Origin: Octopus bimaculoides
Lineage: Eukaryota
Length of the DNA stretch: 64,000 nt
Direction: 5' to 3'
Assembly: GCF_001194135.2 (NCBI RefSeq)
Contig: NC_068987.1
Location: 21,787,161-21,851,160 of the forward strand
This document shows, piece after piece, positions 26,343 to 38,491 of the stretch (its first letter is position 1; each line of letters starts with the position of its first letter). Made by a program: the position numbers and the translations under genes. The notes below the pieces were generated by a model. The model ran no database searches. It was not told the DNA's origin and saw only the letters and a program-made list of their open reading frames with translations.

Positions 26343-27671
26343 TATATATATACATACATATATATATATATATATATGATGTAATAATTTTAGTGGTGGG
26401 TAAATAGTTTGGTTTTAGCCATCAGCTATAATATTTCTTACTCTTCCTTGTTCTTTGAAATTGCAATGACCTCCATGCTACCATCACCAAGCCTAAAACA
26501 ATCCTCTCCCGACCACCATCATCAGACTACTAACTGTTGCATAACATTGCAGCCATCACCAAACACTAGTTCCACCATCAACCACATTCCTGCCACCAAC
26601 TTCAACCACCTGCTTAAGCTCCCCCCCCCACCGTCTCCAACTTTACTATCATCACTATCATCAATACTGCTTGTACCACCACCACCACCACGTCACACTG
26701 TCTTCATTTTTGTAATAATTAGTGTTATCTTAAGTTGTAGAAATGTAAACAAATGCATGGTTTTTAGTCATAGTGGAGGTGGGGACGCTGGTGGTGGTGA
26801 TGGCGATGGTGATGTTTGATGACACTGGCGGTGGAGGCAGTGGTTTAAAAATAGTGATAGTGGTTGTGGTAATGATAGTGATGGTAGTGGTGGTGGTGAT
26901 GACTGATGTAAACAGAGAGAGGGAAAGAAAGAGGAAAAACACAAGGGAAGAAAGAAAGGGAGAATAAGTAGATAAGAAAAAACATAAAAATAAAGATATT
27001 TATGAAGGATTGTAGAGAGGAAAGAAAGACAGAAGGTTTTGAATTGTAAAATATAAGTGTAATACAATGTTCTTATAATAATAATAATAATAATAAAAGG
27101 CACAAGGCCTGAAATTTTGGGGGAGGGGACGAGTTGATTAGATCGACCCCAATGCTTCACAATTTATCGACCCCGAAAGGATGAAAGGCAAAGTTGAAGA
27201 TGAGTTACAACAAAAATTCTACATATCAGGTTTGCTTATGAGTTGTTTGACCATAACCAGTTGAACATGTCCCTTCATGGCTGATGATATGTGCATCTCT
27301 GATCATGAAAAAGAAGTAGTTGTGGGGCATCATAGTCATGGGTTAAGAGAAATTCTTTGGGGTTTGAATAGTTCACCACTGGAAACATGGGTCTTTCATT
27401 CAACATCCTTAAACAAGCTTTATTCAGGGACCTTTTTGAGTGGGATAGGCTTCTCAACTTGGAGAAAATTCTAACTGGGCCTTGCTTACAAGATCATGTG
27501 TTGTTTATCTTGATATGAGATCACCATGTCGTGCACATATGTTTATGATGCATGTGCCTGGTGTACCCTTATCAGACAGGCAGTCATGATAGGTATTTCG
27601 GGCTTCGTATATTTGTACTCCAGTGTCACTTTGATGGTATGCACTGCTCTCCCACTCAATAATAATAATAA

Positions 27672-27880
27672 TCCTTTCTACAATAGGCACAAGGCCTGAA
27701 ACTTTTGCGGGAGAGGGCTAGTTGATTACATCGCCCCTAGTCCTTGACCTGATACTAATTTTATTGACCCCAAAAGAATAAAAGGAAGAGTGGATCTTGA
27801 CAGAATTTGAACTCAGAACATAAAGACAGATGAAATGCCACTAAGCATTTTGCCCAGCATGCTAACGATTCTTCTAGTTA
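27672..27880 (-). mobile_element. SINE family E
   Basis: Family E body with (AAT)n tail. Confidence 0.8.
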
Positions 27881-28411
27881 GCCAAAGAAAAAAAGAACTA
27901 CCTCCATTTGGTTCAGTTTGTATGAATGATATGAAGGGGAAATTGGTAATATCTTTAATGTATGGATTTATAAGCTTCTTTTACATTGACTGAGTTAAAA
28001 GATTCCTTAAGGTGCATTGATTTGACCGATTAAAACCTGTACTAACCACAAATCTAGCCAGGCTTTTATTCTGATTGTATGCTAGTGACATGTATATTTT
28101 ACAGAATATTTCAAAATTAAAATGTAATATTTTTTATAAAATGGACAATTGATGTGAATGTGTATGTCTAAGCATTGCCACAGCTGATGTTTGATATCTC
28201 TGAACTATAATTTACAAATCTGGATAAGTTTCTATGTCTTGAGATGACAAGAAATGCTGCTCTTTGAAGAAAAAAACCCTTAAACATTTAAATCTTTCAC
28301 TTTCTATCTTTTTCTTTTCCGTAAAAAAAAAAAAAAAAAATCTTTGCTTGAAATTGCAATACTCACATCTCCACCCAATATAATATCATCTAATAGAAGG
28401 AATATACTCAC

Positions 28412-28683
28412 ATGTGCTTCATTGGACTTGTGGCATTTTCTGCCTGCCGCCTGCTGTTGTCCTCTTTGTAGAGGGTGTAATTATTGTCCTTGTTAAGGTT
28501 CGCTGGAGGGAAATTCTGTTTTGTCACCCTAGCTGTTGACATTGGAATTGCTCCCACAGTTGAGCTGCGAGGCCGAATCTCAGCTTTTGGAGAGTCCGGC
28601 GGTGTTGGTAGCCGAAACTTGCGTTCCTTGGACATTGGAGAAGCAGACGGTGACAACTCAGGTGTTGTCGGAGCAGAAGAATC
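28412..28683 (-). CDS. TBC1D1: TBC1D1/4 linker exon (DSSAPTTPELSP...RPRSSTVG...ATSPMKH)
   Basis: Acceptor atttcag|GAT, donor CAT|gtgagt, phase 0-2. Ser/Pro-rich with an RPRSST motif. Confidence 0.9.
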
Positions 28684-29184
28684 CTGAAATGGAAATAAAA
28701 TAACTGGTACAGAATTCTGTTTAGACTTTCATAATGTCAAAGCAGAATGACTCTGAGGTTCAGATGTAAGGTTACAGATCTCATGGTTAGGAGTTCAAAC
28801 TTTACTACAGTCATTATATTTTGTTTCATTTTAAAAACATATAAATCTGCTTAATACAGAATAATATAGAGGCTACACTCATTTCTTGTTGTCCCTGTTA
28901 AGACCCAGGCCAGCCCTGGTTGAGCAGACCAATAATCAGAGCTATTTCAAACCATGATCATCACTCCAGCCTTCTTTTTAATTTGGCACAATGTTTACGA
29001 GTTTGAAGGTGTATGTAACAGAATCACAAGCTGTCAAAATGTTTCCACCCCATAATGGTATAATTCTATATACTTGATTCAATCTATGAGGCTGAAATAC
29101 TGATACCATTGCTTATTTATTCCCATTGTTTGGAATTCATCCTACATTATCTTGTAGCCATGAGATTTTGATTATATGACTTTC

Positions 29185-29567
29185 TTTTATTCTTTTACTT
29201 GTTTCAGTCATTTGCCTGCAGCCATGTTGGAGCACCACCTTAAAGGGTTTTAATTGAAGAAATCAACCCCAGGACTTATTCTTTGTAAGCCTAGTACTTA
29301 TTCTATTGGTCTCGTTTGCTAAACCATTAAGTTATGGGGATGTAAACACACCAACATCAATTGTCAAGTGATGATAGGGGCACAAACACAGACACAGACA
29401 CACACATAGATATATACATATATATATGATAGGCTTCTTTCAGTTTCTGTCAACCAAATCCACTCACAAGGCTTTGGTTGGCCTGAGGCTATAGTAGAAG
29501 ATACCATGCAGTGGGACAGAACCCAGAACCATATGGTTGGGAAGCAAGTTTCTTACCACACAGCCAC
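29185..29567 (-). mobile_element. SINE family C
   Basis: Matches family C. Confidence 0.85.
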
Positions 29568-30024
29568 AATATTGTAGAATAGGTGTAAGAAGCTGGATCT
29601 GGTTAGTTTGAACATAAAACAAATATTTTGGGCAGATATGGCTGGTTTAAATGCGAAGGGGTTAAAATAAATATTTATGCTATATGCTGCTGCTCTCATA
29701 ATTGTTTCAACATCCATTAATCCATACTTGTGTGGGTTACACAGAATTTACTGAGGCAGATTTTCTACAGTTGGATGTCAATTTTGTCAACAACCCTCAC
29801 AGGTTTCATATAAAGACAAACTGTCCATGAATGGAGTGCCTTTGATCACAGAATTCTTGGTCAGAGGTGACCTGTGGCTAAACAACAAGAGGTGTAAGAA
29901 ATAGTCTGCGGAAGGTGGAGGGGAGTAGGGAGAACAGCAAGTTCATACTGTTACAAACAGCACCCAATACTTCATGTTGGAAAGTGCAGACACTCAAGGA
30001 TCAAACAACAACAACATCAACAAT

Positions 30025-30414
30025 TGTTGTTGTTGGCACTCCGTCGCTTACGATGTCGAGGGTTCCAGTTGATCCGATCAACGGAACAGCCTGCTCGTGA
30101 AATTAACATGCAAATGGCTGAGCACTCCACAGACACGTGTACCCTTAACGTAGTTCTCGGGAATAATCAGCGTGACACAGTGTGACAAGGCTCACCCTTT
30201 GAATTATAGGCGCAACAGAAACAGGAAGTAAGAGTGAGAGAAAGTTGTGGTGGAAGAGTACAGCAGCGTTCGCCACCATCCCCTGCCGGAGCCTCGTGGG
30301 GTTTTAGGTGTTTTTGCTCAATAAACACTCACAACGCCCGGTCTGGGAATCGAAACCGCGATCCTAGGACCGCGAGTCCGCTGCCCTAACCACTGGGCCA
30401 TTGCGCCTCCACAC
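30025..30414 (-). mobile_element. SINE family A, full length
   Basis: 10-bp TSD catcaacaat at 30015-30024 and 30415-30424. Confidence 0.92.
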
Positions 30415-30464
30415 CATCAACAATAGGGCAGTAATAAAATAAGTAAAAAATTGCAGCTACGCAC

Positions 30465-30551
30465 GACTGAATAAGCTGCCCAGCTACTTTCACTGTCCGT
30501 TGTTCCACTTCGTTGACGAAAGGCCTCCCTTGCTTCATCCTTTTTACGACC
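30465..30551 (-). CDS. TBC1D1: TBC1D1/4 exon (GRKKDEAREAFRQRSGTTDSESSWAAYSV); donor position less certain
   Basis: Strong acceptor gtttttcag|GGT and an RQRSGT Akt-type motif. The best phase-0 donor is GTC|gtgcgt. Confidence 0.75.
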
Positions 30552-31986
30552 CTGAAAAACAGAAAAATTCAAAATTCAACCACAACAACAACAACAACAA
30601 AGATGTCACAAAAGAAAGAAAAAAAAATGCTACTCCTGACATACCTAATATTCTTTTTCCTCTTTACAATTCTTTCATTATTCACCTTTCTGTCTTATTG
30701 TATTTTCCAGCATACAAGTTGCAATTTTTCAATCCAAAAATTTTGCAGCCACCAAAATGGTAGATCAACTTATACATAAACACAACTTTGGAGGGCCAGA
30801 TATTCCATGTGAGATGCAACAGAATTTGGAAAGATAGTGACAATGTTTGGATGTTTACACTATATACTATGGTGACTTGTATGCCAAAAAATATGTCTTG
30901 CTTTGTGTACTGTGTACTATGCGTGTACTTCTAGCTTTCAATGCTGTTTTTCTTTACTTGTCTTATACGACTGCTTTCCGTCCCCTTTTTTAACCTTTAC
31001 CAACAAATTCTAACGCATCTGGGCACTGTATACAATAAACTCATTATTGCATCTAAAACTTGAGTGTTTATCTTTAAATATTTTTTATTTCCATGATTAT
31101 TATTTTTTTCCTTTTTATTTGTTTCAGCTATTCAGACTATGACCATGCCTTGAAGAATATTTAGCTAACTGAATTGACTCCAGTAATTCTTTTTTAAAGT
31201 CCGGTACTTCTCCTATTGGTGTCTTTTGCTGAACCGCTAAGTTATGGTGATGTAAACACACCAACACCAGTTGTCATGTGGTGACAGGCGACAAACACAG
31301 ATACACACACACATACACGACAGGCTTCTTTTTGTTTCAGTCTATTAAATCCATGCACAAGGCTTTGGTCACCTCAAGGCTATAGTAGAAGGCATTTGCT
31401 CAAGGTACCACACAGTAGGACTGAACCCGGCACCATGTGGTTGGAAAGCAAGCATCTTACCATACAGTCACTGGACTAAACGCTATGTTGGTGTACAGCC
31501 TACAAAAGTTTTACAGTGGATTATATTGACCCCCACAAACCCACAATACTTAATTCATTGTTTAGCCATCTGGTTTCACCAGTCCTCAGTCAAATCGTCC
31601 AACCCATGCTAGCATGGAAAGCGGACGTTAAACGACGATGATGATGATGATGATGAAGAAAGGCAAGACAATTGTAGCAGAAATGAAGATAACTCCTTCC
31701 CCTACTCCTCTGCCCCCATTTCAATGTCCACTGTTTCGTCAGCCTTGCATGGATCTGATGAAATTTGGTGAGTCAGATTTTTCTAAGGTCAGATGCTCTT
31801 CCTTAAAAAGTGCAAATAATTGATGACCATGATGACAATGACAGTAATGACAATGATGGTATCTTAAAGAAAATAGGTGAAAGTATCATCAACTCCCATC
31901 TCTATCTCTTCTAAAAGAACAATTCACTTCTTCACTACCCACATATTTTTAGTTATTATGTCAACAACAACAAATTGCACAACTCC

Positions 31987-32331
31987 CTTTACTCTTTTAC
32001 TTGTTTCAGTCATTTGACTGTGGCCATGCTGGAGCACCGCCTTTAGTTGAGCAAATCGACCCCAGGACTTATTCTTTGTAAGCCTAGTACTTATTCCATC
32101 GGTCTCTTTTTGCCGAACCGCTAAGTTACAGGGATGTAAACACACCAGCATGGGTTGTCAAGCGATGTTGGGGGGACAAACAGACACACAAACACACGTA
32201 CATACATATATATATATATATATCATCATCATCATCGTCGTCGTTTAACGTCCGCTTTCCATGCTAGCATGGGTTGGATGATTTGACTGAGGACTGGTGA
32301 AACCAGATGGCTACACCAGGCTCCAAATATA

Positions 32332-32378
<47 letters not shown>

Positions 32379-32540
32379 GACGGGCTTCTTTCAGTTTCGG
32401 TGTACCAAATCCACTCACAAGGCTTTGGTCGGCCCGAGACTATAGTAGAAGACACTTGCCCAAGGTGTCACGCAGTGGGACTGAACCCGGAATCATGTGG
32501 TTGGTAAGCAAGCTACTTACCACACAGCCACTCCTGCACC
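31987..32540 (-). mobile_element. SINE family C with a family D fragment nested in its microsatellite (32222-32325)
   Basis: Both halves match family C; the intervening ~100 bp match the family D tail. Confidence 0.85.
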
Positions 32541-32699
32541 TATATTTAGAATGGTGGAAGTACTTAGTGCCACAAATTTACCTGTAATACCCCAGTAAAA
32601 TTTATTTAAAAACCCTCTACCTCACCCCTGTATGGTGGTGGTGGTATGGTAGCAAAACAGATTTGAACCAAGAAAGCACCATGTTAAACCAAATTTCTG

Positions 32700-33060
32700 A
32701 ACTCCCATCCCTTCATCATGCCTTCAGAATAGCTGTCATGATTAAAATGAATTCTTTTTGTTATTTTTTAAAAATTATTTTAAACCCATGTAACTTGCAT
32801 TAAAAAAAATTTTTTTTTCAAAAATTCATGTTCTTCAAACTTCATGTCCCCCAACCTTTTCATTGTTACTTTGGAGTAGCTGTCACGATCAAACTGAAAT
32901 TTTTTCACAATTTTTTTGTCATTTCATAACATCTCACATTCTAGTGCATACATAGCTTGCATTTAAAAAAATGTCTATTTTTCAAATTTTTTTTACCCCC
33001 ATCCTCTTTATCATGCCTTTAGAATAGCTGCCACATTCAAAACGAAAGTTTGCTGAGTAG
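32700..33060. repeat. Degenerate tandem repeat, 147-148-bp period, about 2.5 units
   Basis: Core tagctg at 32730, 32877 and 33025, each in a cat...(a/g)aatagctg.cac...aaa..gaa context; inverted copy of the core at 33321. Confidence 0.65.
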
Positions 33061-34076
33061 TGTGGTGAGATTTATTTGTCATATTATATATTAAATTCAT
33101 TTAACTTTCATATTGTATAGAAAAATGTTTTGAAAGAATGGCAAAAGTGAGAGAAAGAGAAAAAAAAAACAGTAGGAAACAGACCAGAAAGTAGATGAAT
33201 AAAAGGTAGAAAATTAAAAAAAAATTTTTTCCCTATGAATTATTTTAGAATGCTGGGTATTATAAAATCATAAAAAATTGAGGTGGTGGGATAACACAAA
33301 ATATTCCATTTTATTCGTGGCAGCTATTCTGAAAGTCCAACATTAAAAAAAATTTTTTTTTTTCATCTCGAAACGATAAAAAGCTAAGTTGACCTTAGTG
33401 TTATCTGAACTCAGAGCACAGGGAGTTGAAACAAATACAGTGAAGCATATCATCAGAATTTAGGGAACAGGGAGTGGGGAAAATTAATTAAATTGATACC
33501 TGTACTTTATTGCTAACAATTTTCGTAACTTTGTTGAGACTTACACTCAGTATAAAGGGAGATAACTGAAAACTGCAAGAAGAGGACCCCTACATGGTCA
33601 GGAAGTCTGCAAGAAATAACAGCCACATCTACCTCAAATCACAAGTTAGATGTGTTCTTGGTTTCTTGACATAGTAAAATCATGTGATGTGGTCATTGTT
33701 AGAATGATTTTGATTATATATCTGCAAGATCAGGGTTGACCTGGGGCTAACCAACCTTCAACAAAATTAACAACAATAAAACTACTAGTCAATGAAGAAA
33801 TCTCTACATGTTTGTTTAATCTAGTAGAAATAGTAGCCAAATCTCCCTCAACTCATGTTTTATAAACAGAAGGACACTTTGATAATAATAATAATAATGT
33901 AGTCCCTCATATACAGAAAGACGTGATGGCCATGGCAGGAACTCCTTTGATTACAATCAAAGGTGTTAGTATTGTTGCTATTTAGCCCCAGGACATGATG
34001 GTCATAGGCAGAACTACTTTGTTAGGTTTGCTCAATCAGAGCCCATCTGGAGCTAAACAACATCAACAATAACAAC

Positions 34077-34468
34077 TAGTTAGTTAGTTGGCACTCCGTC
34101 ACTTACGACGTCGAGGGTTCCAGTTGATCCGACCAACAGAACAGCCTGCTTGTGAAATTAACGTGCAAGTGGCTGAGCACTCCACAGACACGTGTACCCG
34201 TAACGTAGTTCTCGGCGATATTCAGCGTGACACAGTGTGACAAGGCTGACCCTTTGAATTACAGGCACAACAGAAACAGGAAGTAAGAGTGAGAGAAAGT
34301 TGTGGTGAAAGAGTACAGCAGGGTTCACCACCATCCCCTGCCAGAGCCTCGTGGAGCTTTTAGGTGTTTTTGCTCAATAAACACTCACAACGCCCGGTCT
34401 GGGATTCGAAACCGCGATCCTATGACTGCGAGTCCGCTGCCCTAACCACTGGGCCATTGCGCCTCAAC
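34077..34468 (-). mobile_element. SINE family A, full length
   Basis: 13-bp TSD caacaataacaac at 34064-34076 and 34469-34481. Confidence 0.92.
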
Positions 34469-34503
34469 CAACAATAACAACAACAAATGGGAATTATACT
34501 TAC

Positions 34504-34602
34504 ACGGATTAAGCTTTCAAATGAATTTGTCAGGCTTTTCTTTGCCTTGTTCCTGAAACTATCTAGTTTGGAAGTCTTAGTCCGTCGATCCATTATGTTG
34601 AA
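34504..34602 (-). CDS. TBC1D1: TBC1D1/4 exon (FNIMDRRTKTSKLDSFRNKAKKSLTNSFESLIR)
   Basis: Acceptor tctctag|TTC, donor CGT|gtaagt, phase 0-0. Resembles RLDMLKNKAKRSLTESLESILSR. Confidence 0.93.
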
Positions 34603-34949
34603 CTAGAGAAAAAGAAAGACAAAGTGAATGATGTGTTAAAGAGAGAAGTAGGGAGAGAAAGATAGAGTAGAGGGAAAGAGAGAGGTGGGGAGAAAGAAGG
34701 AATTCAACTGACCATGAATTACTGTAGCAGAAATATATTTTACACACACTATAATCAGTAAATACAGACATAGCTGAGTGGGTAAGAAGTTTGCTTCCCA
34801 ACCGCAAGACTTTGGGTTCACTCCCAGTATGTAGTACTTTAGGTAAGTGTCTTTAATAGTCTGCAGCTGACCAAAGCCTTGCGATTGAATTTCATAGACA
34901 GAAGCTGAAAGAAACTTGTGATGTGTGTGTATTTATGTGTGTGTATCAT

Positions 34950-35345
34950 TATCATCGTTTAACGTCCGTTTTCCATGCTGGCATGGGTTGGACGGTTTGA
35001 CTGAGGTCTGGAAAGCTAGTAGCTGCACCAGGCTTCAATCCTCACTTTACTGACGGCTCTTACCAACCACTCGTCTATCTCCAGTTTCCACATTGACCAC
35101 CAGATAAGGGATTGGGGGGACCCTTCCAAAGGCTTTTTCCAAGTCAACAAAAGCCAAGTACAGAGCTTTATCTTTGGTTAGATATTTCTCCTGCAGTTGC
35201 CTTACCAGAAATATAGCATCAGTGGTGCTTGTGCCTGGCACAAAACCAAACTGCATCTCATCTAGGCTAACTCTCCCTAATTAGTTACCCTCTCTGTAAC
35301 TTTCGTCACCCAATCCAATAATTTGATACCCCTGTAGTTATTTCT
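34950..35345 (-). mobile_element. RTE-clade LINE fragment: RT motifs joined to a family D tail
   Basis: NYRGIKLLD...LDEMQFGFVPGTSTTDAIFLVRQLQEKYL...LYLAFVDLEKAF at 35047-35345; family D sequence at 34950-35040. Confidence 0.85.
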
Positions 35346-35482
35346 ATATAAAGCATCACTTTTATGCAGGGTGTCACTATATGAGAAGAAAACTTTTAAG
35401 AACCATTAAGCGGTCTAAACTTTAACTGAATATCTTCTCCTTTTTCAGCCCTAACACAGAAGCTTTGGATCTAAAGCAGACA

Positions 35483-35990
35483 ATGAAAAGGAATGCCATT
35501 CTCATTTCCTTAGCCAGAAACTACAGTGATTTGGGGATTGCAACCTTCTTAAATGGTACCAAGTCCTTTGTGTTCAAGATAAGAAAGCTCCTGGCTTTGG
35601 AGGGAATGTTTTCAATCACCAAAAGAAAAATACATTTTTGACAGCAAGAAAAGTTAAGTCCAGGTCATCATCAATGAAAATCCTAGCCAGTCAAAGAAGG
35701 TCATTGTCAAACAACTCCATATGTCAGAGTCAATGATTAGATATGTGGTGCATGAAGACATCAGGTAAAAATCTTATGAGGAGAGGGCAGATATGGTTGA
35801 AGTGCTTACTAAACAAACTGAAGCACACCAAGGAGCCCAACATGCTCTGGTTCTTCTCAGATGAGAACTTCATCCAAGATTAAGAAGTGAATAGGAAGAA
35901 TGATATATGGCACTGCACCAGCATCACTGAAGTCCCCATTTGTACTCTACGAAAGTCACAAGTTATCAGCAGTGTTGTAGTCATCACTCT
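35483..35990 (+). mobile_element. Decayed Tc1/mariner-superfamily (DD37D/maT-like) transposase, N-terminal half
   Basis: With stops and frameshifts reads MKRNAILISLARNYSDLGIATFL..KSFVFKIRK...VQVIINENPSQS...SESMIRYVVHEDIR*KSY...LLNKLKH..EPNMLWFFSDE.NF.QD*EVNRKNDIW, including the first catalytic FSDE motif. Confidence 0.8.
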
Positions 35991-36265
35991 TCCACTTAAC
36001 AAATATCATCAGCTGGCTTTCTATCTTTGGAGACATGTGAAATAAGAGACTCCTTCACTGAAGAACAGGTGGGAGGTAACTGGGATTCTATCTACCCAAT
36101 TCCACTCAACACTGTAGGTTGACTCAAAATTATCATGGAAGATAATTATGCATCTGAATTTGAAACAACATTATTATGAAGTCAGCTTCTTAAACTACAT
36201 GCCTGAGCTCTTAAACTGGAGCCACACAATAACAGTGAGAAGACCAGAGAGAAAATATATATCAC

Positions 36266-36391
36266 CTCTAGTTTGCCTGCAGATTTTCCTGTAGAAATAT
36301 GATTGTGCTCTTTCTGTTTCTGCTCACACAAGTACCTCAAAGACATCATCATAACTTCCAAAAGTTCTTCACTTGTCTGTGGGTTTTCTTG
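36266..36391 (-). CDS. TBC1D1: TBC1D1/4 exon (QENPQTSEELLEVMMMSLRYLCEQKQKEHNHISTGKSAGKLE)
   Basis: Acceptor tttacag|CAA, donor GAG|gtgata, phase 0-0. LRYLCEQKQKEHNH resembles LRCLYEEKQKEHIH. Confidence 0.92.
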
Positions 36392-36551
36392 CTGTAAATT
36401 CAGAAAATATTTAAATTAAGATCATAAATAACTTGAATATAAAATGAAAGCAAAAAAGATATTTTTGTGGATTAGATAAAGAAGGAAAGAAACAAAATTT
36501 AAAAATAAAACAACAAAATCATACATTAATGTACATATAAACACTTATATA

Positions 36552-36677
36552 CAGGGTGTCCACAAAGTCTGGGTACATGGGACTAACACATACTTTAAGA
36601 AATTATTATTTCTTATATTTAATTGTTTATGTTATGATTTTCTTTACTCCATGTACCCAGACTTTGTGGACACCCTG
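36552..36677. mobile_element. 126-bp Tc1/mariner-type MITE
   Basis: Perfect 29-bp TIR cagggtgtccacaaagtctgggtacatgg; TA on both sides. Confidence 0.9.
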
Positions 36678-37199
36678 TACACACACAGAAACTCAAACAT
36701 ACACACAAAACACAGGAGCCTCTACTAAACCAATGTGGAAACCTCTATGTTATTGCTTGACCTGCTAGAAATAGCATCCAACTCCATTTCTCAAATCACA
36801 CCTTATCACCTTAAAAAAAGACAGGATGGTCACAACTGGAATGTCTTTGATCATAAGTCTTCTTGATAAAAGATGATCTGGTGTTAGACAACATTAACAG
36901 GGATACACTTACATGTAAGGGGAAAAAAATGTTAAAAACACACCTTTAATATAGACTAATAAATTATACCATCTGTAACCCAGGGGACATGTGATCAATG
37001 GAGTTCCAATCATAACAATCCCTTTATTTCAGACACAGTGTATCTAGAACAACCCAGCACTGAGCAACAATATTAAAGATGGATGGAATGTGTCATTTGT
37101 AAGCCTCCTCCTTGGTCATGTGTTCATTCAATAAAATGTTTTAAGCCCTTGTGAGAAGCCTAGCATATGTGCTAGCAAAGCAATCTCAAAAGCTCCTTC

Positions 37200-37440
37200 A
37201 CAGTCCAGATTTCAGAATGCTTCCTTTACCGAAGAAGGCTAGAGTTGTTGACTTTGAAATACTTGATTGCCAGATGTTTTAAAGTTTGTTACAGGCACTT
37301 CAGGCTTGTCATTTGCATGTGAGGAATTTTTCTTACTGTTGGCAACACAGGAACCAAAGTACTTGAAGTCCCTGACATCATCAAGTCGAGTGCCATTGTT
37401 ATAACAAATTGGCAGGTGGCGTTTGTCCTCTTTGATACTC
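37200..37440 (-). mobile_element. Decayed RTE-like LINE ORF2 fragment
   Basis: LDDVRDFKYFGSCV followed by frameshifted K*QA*SACNKL*NIWQSSISK (the FKYLGS...AWAAFNKL..IWKS motif). Confidence 0.65.
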
Positions 37441-37811
37441 ATGTCCTCAGTGTAGGCTTTGTTGGCTACTGTTATTCTGCTGAACAACAGGTCATATCTG
37501 ATGTTATATTTTGGTGACTTCTGCACCCAAATAGAGGACAATGATTCCTTAACTACACTGATGTCATTGATAGAGACACACATGAAAGTGAGGACTTACT
37601 AAAGCTAAGAGAGGACAGAGATCCTTGGTGCAATATAGTGAATCACATTGCAGTTGCAGCTGCTTGAAGAGGATAAATCTAGAATTATATTATACAATGT
37701 AACTGCCTTTCCTTTTAAAGATGATAATGTGGGATTTGAGGTTGACTAAGCTAACGTTTCTAACATGTGACACAACCACATAGAAGCACTTTCATTGACT
37801 CATTGCCAATA

Positions 37812-38305
37812 CTGTATCTGATGGCATAAAAGACACATGGGTGTGTTAGATGCACCATAATTTCAGTAGCTTGCATTCAGGAAAAATATCCTAGAGCAGG
37901 GGTTTTCAAACTTTTTGACTTGCGGACCTCTTTATATTTCAGGCTTTACCTTAGGGACCCCCTTATAAACGCTTATGAAATTTATACATAAATATTTGCT
38001 TAAAATAACATATTTTTACATTTATTTATTTAACAGTATTTAACAAATAGGTTTATTGTCAATTAAAAGATTTCGATTAAAAAACTTATATAAAATCAAA
38101 TTGCCCATATAAAGTATTTGCTGTCCACAGACCCCCTGTCTTGTCCTTGTGGACCTCCTGTGGTCCGTGGACCACAGTTTGAAAACCCCTGTCCTAGAGC
38201 ATAAAAACAAGAAATACTTAAAGCAATTTCACGTATAGGATCCAGACTGATTTTACAAGACATTTTTTGAGTGCAAAAGTGTATCTTACATGCCATCAGA
38301 TACAG
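37812..38305. mobile_element. Tc1/mariner-type MITE hosting a nested hAT MITE
   Basis: Perfect 16-bp TIR ctgtatctgatggcat; TA at 37810-37811 and 38306-38307. Confidence 0.75.
37897..38191. mobile_element. 295-bp hAT-type MITE
   Basis: Perfect 15-bp TIR caggggttttcaaac; perfect 8-bp TSD tcctagag at 37889-37896 and 38192-38199. Confidence 0.92.
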
Positions 38306-38399
38306 TAGATGTTATGGTGAGGTTTACAACAAAAGAAAAGAGGGAATATAGTTTCTTCATAGATTACAACAAAAGCAATAATTTGTATTAGTATTATAC

Positions 38400-38491
38400 C
38401 TTCCATCTGTTGTGCATCTCAGCTGCATCTTTTTCTGGCAACTGTTGAACTCTCCTCTTAAGTAGCTCAATACCGCACACTGTACTTAGTA
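38400..38491 (-). CDS. TBC1D1: TBC1D1/4 exon (VLSTVCGIELLKRRVQQLPEKDAAEMHNRWK)
   Basis: Acceptor cttgcag|TA, donor AAG|gtataa, phase 1-0. Open in the required frame; position and length fit the TKLELQKHLTTL...EEVQ segment. Confidence 0.85.
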
